DNA of 64,000 bases, from assembly GCA_965603825.1 (NCBI GenBank), contig CBFDEM010000023.1:434001-498000 (forward strand). Direction: 5' to 3'. Each line of letters begins with the position of its first letter. Position 1 is the stretch's first letter. This document shows positions 23,915 through 36,400 of this stretch, in pieces. This DNA comes from Blepharisma stoltei ATCC 30299. Its lineage: Eukaryota > Protista > Ciliophora. Made by a program: the position numbers and the translations under genes. A model generated the notes under the pieces. That model was not told the origin of the DNA. It was given only the letters and a program-made list of their open reading frames with translations, and searched no databases.

Positions 23915-24775
23915 ATGTTTTTCTTATTAATTGCTGTCGTATCTGCCTCAGTTAATTATCCAATCCCAGGCTATTATGGAACATGATACAAGGACTTCTT
24001 GCCAAACGACACGTCAGCGACTGCATTTTACTGAAGCTCAGGCTATCATATAGGCTCTGATATGAACCTTTGGATCGCAGACCCCAAAATGCATGAAATC
24101 AAGATGATAAAATACACAGAATTTGGCCCACCTAGAGGGAAAATTTATAAAATTGTAGGATATACAGGGATGCCAGGGATGAGGGACGGTGATGTAAGTT
24201 CAGCCCTACTAAATTCACCCAGTTCACTTGTGTATTTTTCTGATACTATGAATGGAACTGATGTTTATAGGGTGTATATAGCTGATACATATAATAATTG
24301 TATTAGAGAATTGGATTTGATGACTGGAACTATATGGGAGTTTGTAGGGAGTTGTAATGAAGAAGGCTTTAAAGATGGTCCATATGGTACTAATAGACTT
24401 TACCACCCTACTCTAGTAGGTATAGATGACGATTATTCAATGTTTATATGAGACTCTGGAAATCGCTATATCAGGATGGTAAATTTAACCACCAGGTATA
24501 TGGAAACATTACGAGGAGGTGCATGCCGCTCTACAGACTATATAGACTCTGAATATCAAAATATGCCTGACCCAAGCTACGACATCAGCTATTCAATATT
24601 TATGAAAATGGACTTAAAGATTTACGAAATGATCTGCATGAAATCAATGGTTTTGACTTCAGGTGAGCCATCTGCCGAGCTTTACGACCCAAATAACATC
24701 ACTACACCCTGCTTCAAGCAAGACATTTTATGTGGAGACCGCGATCATCCATTAGTAGGTCAAACAAACATCTAG
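23915..24775 (+). CDS. Secreted NHL-repeat (beta-propeller-like) protein, 286 aa
   Basis: ATG 23915 gives a short signal peptide (MFFLLIAVVSA). One frame through three TGA codons. NHL motifs G.RDG....ALLNSPSSL, VYIADTYNNCIR, G.KDG....NRLYHP, MFI-W-DSGNRYIR. Confidence 0.8.
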
Positions 24776-24826
24776 AAAAAAATCTGAACAGTTAAAATAA
24801 TAATAAAATTTGCTAATATCAAGTAA

Positions 24827-26746
24827 ATGGAAATCCCTCTGCGCTCCAAAGATAAGTCAAAAACTATTATGCCTTTCAAGTTGTTTTCACATGAAAAGCT
24901 GGAAAGTTGGACAAAGCAGCAGAATTTTGGTAATTTGCCAAAATTCGACGAAGAAAGAAGTCCTACAAATTCAATTGTAAAAGAAAGCTGTGAGCTTCAT
25001 GATATTCAAAACCTCTTGGATACAGGGCTTTCTGGGCCGAATATTTATCACATTTTAACTACCGTTGAGAAGCCGCAGCTAATTAATTTGCAGATACCAA
25101 ATACTTTGATAAAGGTTCCTCATCAAAATGCGATTTATGTAAAAACAAATGCAAAAGGAAGTATTTCAATTAGAAGAGATGAAAAGTAAAATTTATGTAG
25201 TTCAATTTCAAGCTTCTTTAAAAATTCTACATCACTACCAACTTTAGATGGTTCTCTGCCCAAGTTTGTCCATATTGATGATGAAAATCATATCCACGTC
25301 TGCAAAGATAACAAAGAATCCCTTCACTGGTGGGCGGTCTGCACCTCAAAACAGCACATGCTCCAACAATTCATTCCTCCACAAAAAAGAACCCTTTCCA
25401 AAATCAGAGTCCACTGAAAAACAAAAGAAGGCTCAAAGTACTTGCTAGTAACGAATTTATCATCTATCCCCCGAAATCAAAGAGCAAGCACCTCAACAAC
25501 TGCATCATCCAAGAAGCCTGAAAAAAAAATTGGGCTTTATCAGCATAGCTTATCTGATTTTAAATTCGCAGGAAAGCTATTGAAGACTTCGTTTTCCCCC
25601 TCAATGCCATTTAGGTCTATGCTAAAAAGAGCTAGAAATAACTCAGTGAATTCTAAAGGAGAAAGGCCCTCGTTTAGCCTGTATAGCACGCTGAAAGTTT
25701 TTTCGTCAAAAGAAGACCTGAATGATGATCAAGCTGCATTCCTTGTTAGGTCATCAAACCTGTTTCAGGCTACAATTTGTGAAGCAGATTCAATTGCTGA
25801 AATTGATAATATGCTGAATAGTATTATCGAACTGATTAATAAGAAGGTTGAAAAATCTGATAAAAGAGTTTTGACGGAGCTGCTTGCGGATTTCATGTGC
25901 GACGATTGTGGGAAATGGTATTTCTTAAAATGCAAAGCACACAAGCTGGATTATATCCCTATAAAACTTGAGTCAGCTTCGTATTTAACTCCAGACTTCA
26001 ACCCTAATCTAGACCATTCTAAAAAGCCTTCCTATTCATCAAATCATTCCTTTGATGACTCAAATCTCAATATCAAAAGAAATGTTGCAGAGCCTTATAT
26101 TTCTGTCCAGTCCTTGAACAGAAGACTAATGCAGCTTGAACAAAAGCATATAAAACATAAATCAGAAGCAAGCCTATTTATCGACTTAAATGATGTCGTT
26201 GATAAATCTAAAAAATCTTATCTAAGCACTACAATTCCAAAAATTTGCATAAAAAGCGAGCTTCCCTCTATCAAAGGGTCATTAACCTCTAAAGAACACT
26301 TAAAAACAAAAGATATATATGGTGAATATCTAGACAGAATTGCAAAACACTATGACAATGTAAGAGGACTAGCTGCTGTCGGGAGGCGAGTAAAGGAAAA
26401 AGAAGTCTGCGTTCTTGAGAAATATCGGCACTCAAAAAGTTTTGAAGCAATTATAGAAAGCATCAAGACAAAACTATATACAGACCAAGATGTCGGGCAC
26501 ATCTTCCTCAACGCAAGAAGTGATTTTATTAATATTGCTATGGATTATATATGTAAAGGCTCAAGAAATAAATATCTATGCCAACAGATGAAGAAATCCA
26601 ACTTATGCATTGGCATGAAGCAATATGAGTTTGCAAGGACAATGAGCATAATTAAAGATGAATTAAAGTTTCACCATATAATTGCAGACGACATTGAAGC
26701 AATTATTAAAAATATCGAGCAGTTTCAAGATGATGTAATAATTTAA
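24827..26746 (+). CDS. Two-exon gene, 634 aa: possible ATP-grasp-like central region + C-terminal degenerate truncated (2/2) globin domain
   Basis: Removing the 15-nt intron 25186-25200 and reading TGA=W joins ORF 24827 to ORF 25442. The last ~113 aa align by eye with group I truncated haemoglobins. Confidence 0.75.
25186..25200 (+). other. 15-nt spliceosomal intron
   Basis: GTAAAATTTATGTAG. Removal deletes an in-frame TAA and restores a continuous ORF. Confidence 0.85.
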
Positions 26747-26763
26747 AATAATTTTGTAGCGAT

Positions 26764-27426
26764 TTACTCACTTGCAAACTCTTTAATTTTATTTAGCCAC
26801 TCCATATACAGCCTCTGTTCTCTATCTATTGAATAAACTTCGAGGAAAAGACCAAGATCATCATTTAGCCCCAGCCCTCTGAAATGGTCAGAAATTGCAT
26901 CTTGCAGCATCTTGTCCAATGTAAAAAATCCTGGCCCTCGATAAATGCTTCTGTTCATCATTTCTATATTGCTTATAAAATCATCTGTGTTTTCAATCAT
27001 CATCACGTTTTCGCACCAAATCGATGAATTCCTAGTATAGCACTCATAAACGAGGCCTTCTTTAGTTCCATTCTTTTTCAGCAGAACCTTAAAATCCACA
27101 CTTTGCTCAGGCTGATAATTTTCATCCTGGGCATTCTTTTCATCTTCTTCAGTCTTAATTGGATCAGGCAATCTTGCATTAAAATGGATCTCGACGTCAT
27201 ATTCTTGTGTTGTTTTTAAAAGCTTAATTAATATTGAATTATTTTCATCAACTAAGCGGAATCCAGCTTTTCTTAGAAAGAATGGTATAGCTTCATCTTG
27301 TTGGTATTCAGTCAGTTCTGCATCAATGCATTTTTCTATTGACTTCACAAGACTTTTTGACATCAAGCTTGTGAACGGTCTCCTAAGAAACTTCTGTGAA
27401 AGGAAGCTTATTTGTCGAACCAGCAT
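26764..27426 (-). CDS. MAM33: Mitochondrial acidic matrix glycoprotein (MAM33/C1QBP/p32 family)
   Basis: Basic N-terminal presequence; YRGPGFFTLDKMLQ...LGLNDDL..F...YSIDREQRLYMEWLNKIKEF is the typical family C-terminus. Confidence 0.88.
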   Translation of the reverse strand: MLVRQISFLSQKFLRRPFTSLMSKSLVKSIEKCIDAELTEYQQDEAIPFFLRKAGFRLVDENNSILIKLLKTTQEYDVEIHFNARLPDPIKTEEDEKNAQDENYQPEQSVDFKVLLKKNGTKEGLVYECYTRNSSIWCENVMMIENTDDFISNIEMMNRSIYRGPGFFTLDKMLQDAISDHFRGLGLNDDLGLFLEVYSIDREQRLYMEWLNKIKEFASE

Positions 27427-27440
27427 CTTTATTAATTTAA

Positions 27441-30400
27441 ATGGAAGAAAGGAAATTCAATCTCCAAAAAAGTGGCAAGTTAAGCACCTCTTCTTCGTCT
27501 ATGGGGAATTCAGGCAGTCTTTCTCATAGAGGAGCAGAAATTTCTCCATTGAGAGCTTATAATGATTATTCAAGCGTGGAAACGAGGAAAATGGACCAAA
27601 CTACGTTTAGAAGCAGCGAAGAATTAACAAGAACTGCGACTTATGTTAATCCAATGCATTCTGGGAGAATTTATAAAGAAATTGAGCATATGTAAGGTTT
27701 AGGTAGAAATCGGAATAATTCGTCAAAGAAAATGACACCAAAGCCGCCATCTCAAAAACCTGAAAGTTCGATTCGGTTTGAAGGAGCGGGAAGAAGGCAA
27801 TTTAAACGAGGAAGTGGGAGCAAGCTCTCAAAATCGAAATCGCCTATAAGATCTGTTGGGAAAAGGTCATCAAAAACCCCAACGCCAAATATGAATATAC
27901 AATATCTTCCAACTTCTCCAAAAAACTTATCTCAGCCTGTATCTAAATTAATTTCAAAAGTATCACCAATGGTTAGAGAATCTAGACACAGCGAAGGATT
28001 AATTATCCCAAAAGACCAAGCTGATATTATAAGACAACACAAAAAATCAACCCCGATTGCATTAGACAAAAAATATGGACAAGATAAAAGGATTATTTTT
28101 ATGCCTTTTGAAAGCAGAGATGACACCTCAGGAGCTGTAATTTTTAACGATCATGGGTTTATTGAATTTCCTAAAGAAGAAAAACCATCAAAATTCGTGA
28201 AAAATAAAACAATAAGTGCAGAAAATTACCAAATTGAAGCTTTGCAAGCGCTATCTTTTGTAAAGAATTTTAAAAAGCGAAAAAATTTTAAAAAATGAAG
28301 AAAAGAAGTAAAAAGTGCTTTGTTTGTAAGAAAAAGGCATGAATTTGTGAGAAATTTCTGGGGGAGTCAAGTTATTGCAATGAAAGAATATGTAAAAATT
28401 AAAGAACAGATAAATACTTTTGCAACCATTAAAGAAAGCTTTTTAAATGAAGATTGGTATAGAAACAGTGCTGAAGAATCATATAAAAATATCATAAATA
28501 GTGTCAACAAATTAATGCAAAAAATTGGATCAGGGATTAAGAAAACTTTGGATGAGTCTTTAAAGACAAAATTTGGGGATAAACTTGTGTATAACAAAAT
28601 TGTCAAAATTTTAGAAGAAAAGAAAAACTCTGGCGGCAGAAGATTGAGGGAAACCAAGGAAAGCAAGCTATCTCGAGAAAAATTATTGGAGATATTTCTC
28701 AAGCTGATTTATCTTAAATATCAAAGCGGAATTGTTGAATTAGTTGAAGACACATATCAAGGATCACTTCTTTTATTTTGCAGCTCAAAAAGGCCAAAAT
28801 TTGCTCTGGTACTTTCTATTGATGATATCTTAACTTTTGTTCCAGACCCTGAAGCTTTGACAGCTAAAATTTTAGAATCTCTTGAAGCTTTTAAACAAGC
28901 AATTATTAACCATGCAATACATGATGAAATCAACTCAAATATTTTTCAAGCACAAATGTTTAACTTTGAACATATACTGGAAAATAATGGAATATTAGCA
29001 GACACAAATAAAAATATTCAGCAAAATTTTAATAAGGATATTGCACTTGCCAAAAAGTTTATCAGTAAGTTCAAATCCCTTGAACAAATTATACCAGTAA
29101 AAAAACAATGAATTACTGATATAGAAAATAAAGAGATCAATATCGGCTTATTTTTTCAGAAAAATTATAAAATTCTTGCAGGTTATTCCAGCCAGCTAAA
29201 CGAATTGCCTTTTCCAAGCTTCAAAGCAGGAATTTTTAATATTAAAACCGAATCACTAAAAACACAAATGCAAGGCTTTATGGATTCAATAAAAAGCTTA
29301 CTAAAAGAAAAACTTCCAGCTATAATTGTTAATGAAATCAACGATTTCAAAGAAAATATAAGGACATTTAGCAACCTTATCAATGAAAGATATTCATCTA
29401 TTTCACAAATTTCACAGCATTGAAAGCAGATTTCTGAGTTAAAGAAAGTTAAATTAAATGAGCTTGACAATAAAAAAGATTTTATTACTGAGAGTATAAA
29501 ATATTTAAAAAAAGAAGGGATTTCTGAAACAGCTAATGTTCTTAAAGAAGATTTATCGTATGACCAAAAACTATTTAATAATCAAATTAATGACATAGAA
29601 AAGTGTTATAAAGATTTGAGGCCAGCCCTAGAAGAGCAATTACTCGAAAATTCTTATAAATTATCAAAAAAAATCAAAAAGTTTGAAAGTAAATATATTT
29701 TGCATTATCTACAAGACACACAAAGAATTTCACATGCAAGCAACACATTAAAAGAAATAGAGAAAAGAGGAGAAGCTTTACTTTCACTAAAACAAAAAGT
29801 CGAGCTTTATGTAGATTATTATATTTCTTTACAAGAATTAAATTCAGGTAATCCTTTATCGTTTCAGCTTCAATGCAGAGGAGATTTTGATATATTGCAC
29901 ACTCTTCATAAAGACACTTTAAACCTATGAAAAATAGTCATTGATTGAAAATCTTATACTGGAAAATGAATGGAAACAAACTTTTCACAATTAAATGTCT
30001 CCAAAATGCTTGAAGATATAAAAAATATTAACGAAAAATTAAAATTTGATTGCTATGAAAGCCTTCTGTTTACAAAAACAGCAGAAAAAATAATTAAATC
30101 AATAAATGAAGAAATTAATGGATTCCTATGCATGTCTGAAACATTAATTGAGCTGAAAAGTGAACTTTTAAAGCCAAGGCACTGGGAGATGATCGTAAAT
30201 GCAATTAAAAAGCCTCATTTATTGAATATTTCTTTTAAGCTGCAAGACCTCAAAGATTCAAACTTAGACCGATATGAGTCCAAGCTTAAACATATTTTTG
30301 AGCAAGCCAAAGAAGAAAACAAGCAGACTGCTTGTTTATCAATGATTAAATCTCTATGGGAAAGCTTAGAATTATCCACTGACATCTACAAAGGACGTTT

Positions 30401-33400
30401 AGATACTTTTATTTTGACAAATATTGACCAGGTTGAATCTTTAATAGAAGAGCATTTAGCATTGATCGAAAGCATTGACAAAACAATTTATTCAGAATAT
30501 TTGCAAGATGATATAACAGAACTTAAAGAAAAACTTACACTGATGAGTGATGTGTTAGAAACATGGACAGAGTGTCAAAACTCTTGAAAGCAGCTTGAAC
30601 CAGTTTTTAGCTCAGGATATATGCAAGAGACTATGCCAAATGAGTATGAAGCTTTCAAAGATCTTCAAACTACACTAAGGTCCATTATGTGAAGTGTACA
30701 CCAAGCACCAAAAGTGCTAAACCAATTATTGGCGCCTAATAAAAGCACAGTCCTTGAAGATATATCTTCCAAAATTTGTGACCTCCGTAAGAATATCAAA
30801 GCTTATTTAGAAAATAAAAGAGCAAATTTTCCAAGGTTTTTCTTTCTCTCAGACGCTCAACTCCTACAATTTTTATCACTTATTTATTCCCAGCAAGAAT
30901 ATGATAAGCATTTATCAATAATTTTCCCTGGTGTTTCTAAATTTTATATCAAAAAATTGAACTCAAATAAGCCTATTAAAGATGAAGAGGAAGAAGTTGA
31001 CCTTGACGTCGCCCCTTTTAATTGTTTTTCTCCTGCTGTCAATGAAATAATTGATCCTTTTGAATTTTCGATCCCTGAAAATCATGAAATAATTAATATA
31101 GAAAATCAAGAAACTGAAAGCAAAGGAAATGTACAAATTTTGCAGCTAGAAGAAAGAGATGATTATATAGTAGCGAAACAAAGAAGACTGAGAGAAAAAT
31201 ATGGAGGAAGCGAGGTAGAATTAGGTGGAATGATGCCTTATGAAATTTTAGGAATGGTTGGACATAACGGAGAACTTCTTCTATTTGAAAGAGCTGTTGG
31301 GATTCATGAAGGAATTGAAGGCTGGATGGGTGAAGTTGATCACCAAATGAAAGATACCCTTGCAAAAATGATTTCTTTTGCTGTAGCAACGTTCCCAAAA
31401 CAAAGCTTAGATGAATGGGTGCTTGATTTTCCTCAGCAAATCATATATACCTCTATTTTATTGATTTTAACTCATGAAATCACAGAACTCATGGAAGATA
31501 AAGATAAAGAAAATTCTTCAGATTCCGAAGTTAGTATTGACAAAGATGACCCAATCCCAGAAATTTATGAAGATCATTTTTCTAAGGTTTATTTTGGAAG
31601 CTCAGCTCAGTCTCATTCTTTAGAACCTAGTAAAGAAGACCTTATGCGATATTTACAGAGTAAAAGCTATAAGGGTTTATATCTCAGGCTTCAATTCTGG
31701 ATAAACCAATTAATAAAAAGTTTTCAAAATGACCAGATAGGAGGTCAGAAGCTGGTTCCAGTACAAATTATGTCTTTAAGATCTTTGGTGTATTTTTTAA
31801 GCTACCAAAGAGATATTGTCGGAAATTTAATTGAAAAAAAAATTTACTCTACTGGTGATTTTGAGTGGCAAAAACTGTTTAGGGTATATTGGAAAGCAAA
31901 TGAAAGTATCAGTAAAATTGAGTGTGGAGGTTTGCATATGATTCAAGGCAATGAATATTTGGGGACTTCATATAGATTACTCTGCACTCCTATTACTACA
32001 AGATATTATGTGTTCATAAGCAGTGTTCTCAGAGAAACCTCATCTGTATTATTTAAAACCAATCCAAGCCATGACTATGCAGGCGATGTCTTTGAAGAAT
32101 TCAGCAATCTTTGTGGGATGGCCAATAAAAGGATTTATATAAGTTCAGACTCAAAAATGCAAATGCTAATGCAATGTTTAAATGGGGCTGCCCTAGCTAA
32201 TGTTTGGATTATATTTGAGCATATAGATAGGCTTAATCATGCAAACCTACAGGTATTGACAAAAGAAATACAAATGGTTCAGCAGCAGTTTCTTATAGCT
32301 GAGGTTGGAGTTGAGAGCCAGCAAGAAGATAGCATGAGGGCTCCTAAAAAAGATAGGCAGGTAATAGAACCAATCCCAGTTCCTGAAGCAGGCTCAAAAA
32401 CTTTAATAGAGAAGTCTGGCGTCGGGACTTATTCATATCCAAGCAATGAAATATCAGATTCTGTAATAAAAGAGCGGCCGCTATTAAAATACCCAAATAC
32501 TATGTTTGTTGTTATGGCTTCACTATCACCGAATCATTTTCAGAAAGACAACGCACTTTTATCAGCTTTACAATTGTCATTTAGATGCATGGAAATGATC
32601 AGGCCTGATATCAAAATGATTTCTTCGGTTATGCTTATAAGAGAAGGATTTAGGTATTATCAGTCCCTCAGTGTTCTTATCCATAAATTCACCAAAAACT
32701 TGATTGAGAAAGTCGATTATCTGCTGGCAATTACAAGAAGAGATATCATGCTTTTAGTGTTAATAGCAAAAAAGTTCAGAGATATCTGCATAAGTGAATG
32801 TGATTTAGAACAAAACGAAATAAATTCTGTTATAAAAGCATGTAGAATGCTGTTTTACCAAAAAATCACGATTCAAAGGTCAGGAAATTTAATTTTGAAT
32901 AAAGAACAGCTAAACAATTCGCAAGAAATTATAGACTGCTGCGTTGAGAGAACTTTTAAAACTGAAAAATTCCCAGATTTTGAACAAAATGATTTAAGAA
33001 AAGGCCTTGAAAAAGTTATTAAAGAAGAAGGATTAACAATCCAAGAGTCTCAGCTTCAGTTGTGTGAAGACATTTATCATGGATTAAGAATAAATAGAGG
33101 TGTTTTAATATTAGGCCCATCTATGTCAGGCAAATCTACGTCATTATCTTTATTATCATCAGCTCTCAAAAACCTCCATAAAATTGAAATTAAACAGCAC
33201 ATTTTGAACCCAAATATTTTTACTTTTAAACAACTTTTCGGAGCATTAGCAGTTGAAAAAAATATTAAAGGCGGGATTTTGACAAAAATAATGCAAATAG
33301 TAAGTGAAAAATATGAGCAAGAAACATCATGGCTTGTTTTTGATAGTAAAAATATAGAGCCTTGGTGGGCTGATTCATTTATCCCAATATTAGAGACCTC

Positions 33401-36400
33401 ACCTTTATTATATTCAGATACCATTACTTTTGAGACTTGGGAAATGTTGTTAACTCATATTTCTTCGATAGCCAGCAGACAAGATATGATTTCGCTACCA
33501 TCTATGACTCAACTTATAATACCACAAAATATGTCGATTATATATACTGCAGAAAATGCTTCCTCAGCTCCCCCAAGCTTATTTACAAGAGTTAGTTCAT
33601 TATTTGTTGACAATAAATCATTAGAATGGGAAGCAATTATTGTCCCAAGGATAAAAACAATTAGCATGAAATTGATCCCTTATGGGATTACAAGCGAGTG
33701 AATTTTAGGGTTTTTTATCGAAAAACTTAAACATTTAATTGATGAAGCTGATGAGCAATTCAAAGAATTGAGCCACTGAAATAGCAAAAATTTAATGATG
33801 GGGCTTATAAGAAATTTTGAAGTATTCTTAAGAACAGGAATTTTAGAAATATTTTCTCCATTAGAATTTGAAAAAAATATGAATATATACACAGAAGTAG
33901 AAATGAATAAACTTGTAAATAAAGAATTTATTCATAAAATCCCAGAAATCAATGAGCTGAAATCACGGCTTGAAACAACTATTATTCATTCATTTGTATG
34001 GTCTTTTGGTGCAATTCTTAATGGTGAAAACAGAAAAATATTTAATAAAATTCTTTTCAATTCCCAAAAATTATTGAAATTGAAATATTTTTATCCTCAA
34101 ACTCTGAATGCATTTGAATCATTTATAGATTTTGACAATTTTAATTTTCTCCCAATTTATGAAGAATCTTCAGTATATTTAAACGATCTTTTACCATCAA
34201 ATTCAATAATAATTCCTTCAGAAGAAATGGCAAAAGCATACTATTTATTAAATACTATTTTATCACCAACCAATTATAGCCCTCAGTCTTTTCTTCAGCA
34301 TGTTCAGATAGTAGGACCTTCAAGTTCAGGAAAAACATCCCTTATTAAGCATTTTTTACATAAGAATTCAGATTTATTTTATAGCAAACATTATACTTTC
34401 AACCCCTCAATAAAAGGTTATCATTATTTTGACATATTGCTTAAAAAATCTAATTTTTGCGAAAAAAATAGCACAATGCTTATAATAGAAGATGTTCATT
34501 TAGATGATAGCAATTTTACTTTGGAAAGAATAAAATTTTGGATTGAAAATAATGGGATTTATGATCCTAAAAAGCTTTCTTTTGTCATCTCAGAAAAAAT
34601 TAATTTTATAACCAGCACAATACAAATGAATATTCAATGTAGTAAAAATACAACTTCAATTTATATTGAGACACCAAGCGACAAAATTTATAAGCAGATT
34701 TTGGTATCCTCGATTTCAGAAAATGCTGATAGCGCAGATTTTAGTATAAATAACTACATAAAACCTATAGCTAGCATTTACCTAAATACAAAAAACTATC
34801 TTCAGAATAACAAATACTGTGGCATAGATAGAATTATTGAAAATTTCAAACAGTTCTATTATTTCTCAACAATTTCTGGAAATGAAGCTATCGAAAAAGA
34901 GTATATCAGCGAGCTTATTATGCATGAGATACAAAGAGGCTTTAGTGATTTCGTAGCAAATGATCAAGAATTTAATAAAAACCTAGTAGCTTTGATTAAT
35001 ATAAAACTTCGCACAGAAATAAAAGAAGAACCATATCTATTTTTCGATTACACAGAAAAGAATTCTAAAGAGTTTAATAATAAAATTACAGTAGAAAGAT
35101 TGCCGATTATTCAACAAAAATTAGCTGAAAAAATGAAAAAACTAGAAAAAAATTTTGAAGAAAACTTAAATATTATGACACCTTTATATTTTCAAAACTC
35201 TTATACAAACTTTATATGAAAAATTTGTAGGATACTTTATTTAGAAAATACTCATAGTATTTTGTGCGCTTCACCTGGAAATCTTTCATATGAATGCCTT
35301 CAAATTGCAGCTTCTTTAACTGATTCTAGAATTTTAAAACCACAAGTTAAGCAATTAAACGATTTTCAGCACTTCAGGTATTTTTTCGAGCAAAGCTTGA
35401 TTCAGGCTCTTGAATGTGGCCAAGAAAACCCTTGCATATTTCTTTGTGATCTCCAATATTTGAAATCCGAGGAATATATCAAACTTATTAGTTGGTTTAT
35501 TACAACTGACTCATGAGATATCAACTTGTTCTCAAAATCGTTTTCAAAGCATATTTCAAAGCGAGAAAAAGAAAATAAATTCAAAAATACTAAGCTCCAA
35601 AGCAAAACATCAGCTAGTATCATGAGTACAATTAAAAGAAGATTCCACATCGTTTTTATTTTACCATCCAATAAAGATTTTGATATTCTGTCAAAAGATT
35701 ATCCAAAATTAATTTCATGCTGTGAATTCATTAAATTCGATAAAAATAATCATGAAGGGTTTCAAAAATCTGAATCAAGTATAAATATTAATGAGATTAT
35801 AACTGATATCATGCAAATGATTGAAAATAAATTCAAAATTTTGAATGATAAAAATACGATGGAGAAACCTTTATGTGATAAGAACAAATATCCCGATTTT
35901 CTATGCCAAAAAAGGGTTTTGCTACTTATGGAAATTTTTAATGAAATTGCTTCTTATATAGAAAGCTTTATTGATTCGGTTAAAGATAATCTTAGTCAGT
36001 CTATTGGGAAATTTGATGATCTAGTATTGAAATATCCAGAGCATTCAGCTAGTTTAAAAGAAACTTTAAAAGGATTGAATCAAAAGTTATCTATATATGA
36101 AAAATTTACTAGCACTCTTATGACAGATAGTCTTATTTTAGCATGCAATTCTGTTTATCTTGGAATTGTAAGTGCTGAAGAAAAATTTGACATATGAAAA
36201 GCTTTGGCAGAATTACTACAATGCAAAGGGTTAAGTATTGATGAATGCTGGAGATCCAATGATAAATCCAAAATCAAACAAAAATTCAAAAGTTTCGCAA
36301 AAATTTTCAACAAAAATCTGAATGATTCTGATCTGTGCACATTGAATGCTCTTGAAGCTTTAATAGCTTCATCGCTTTCGAAAGGCTTATCAATATTAAT

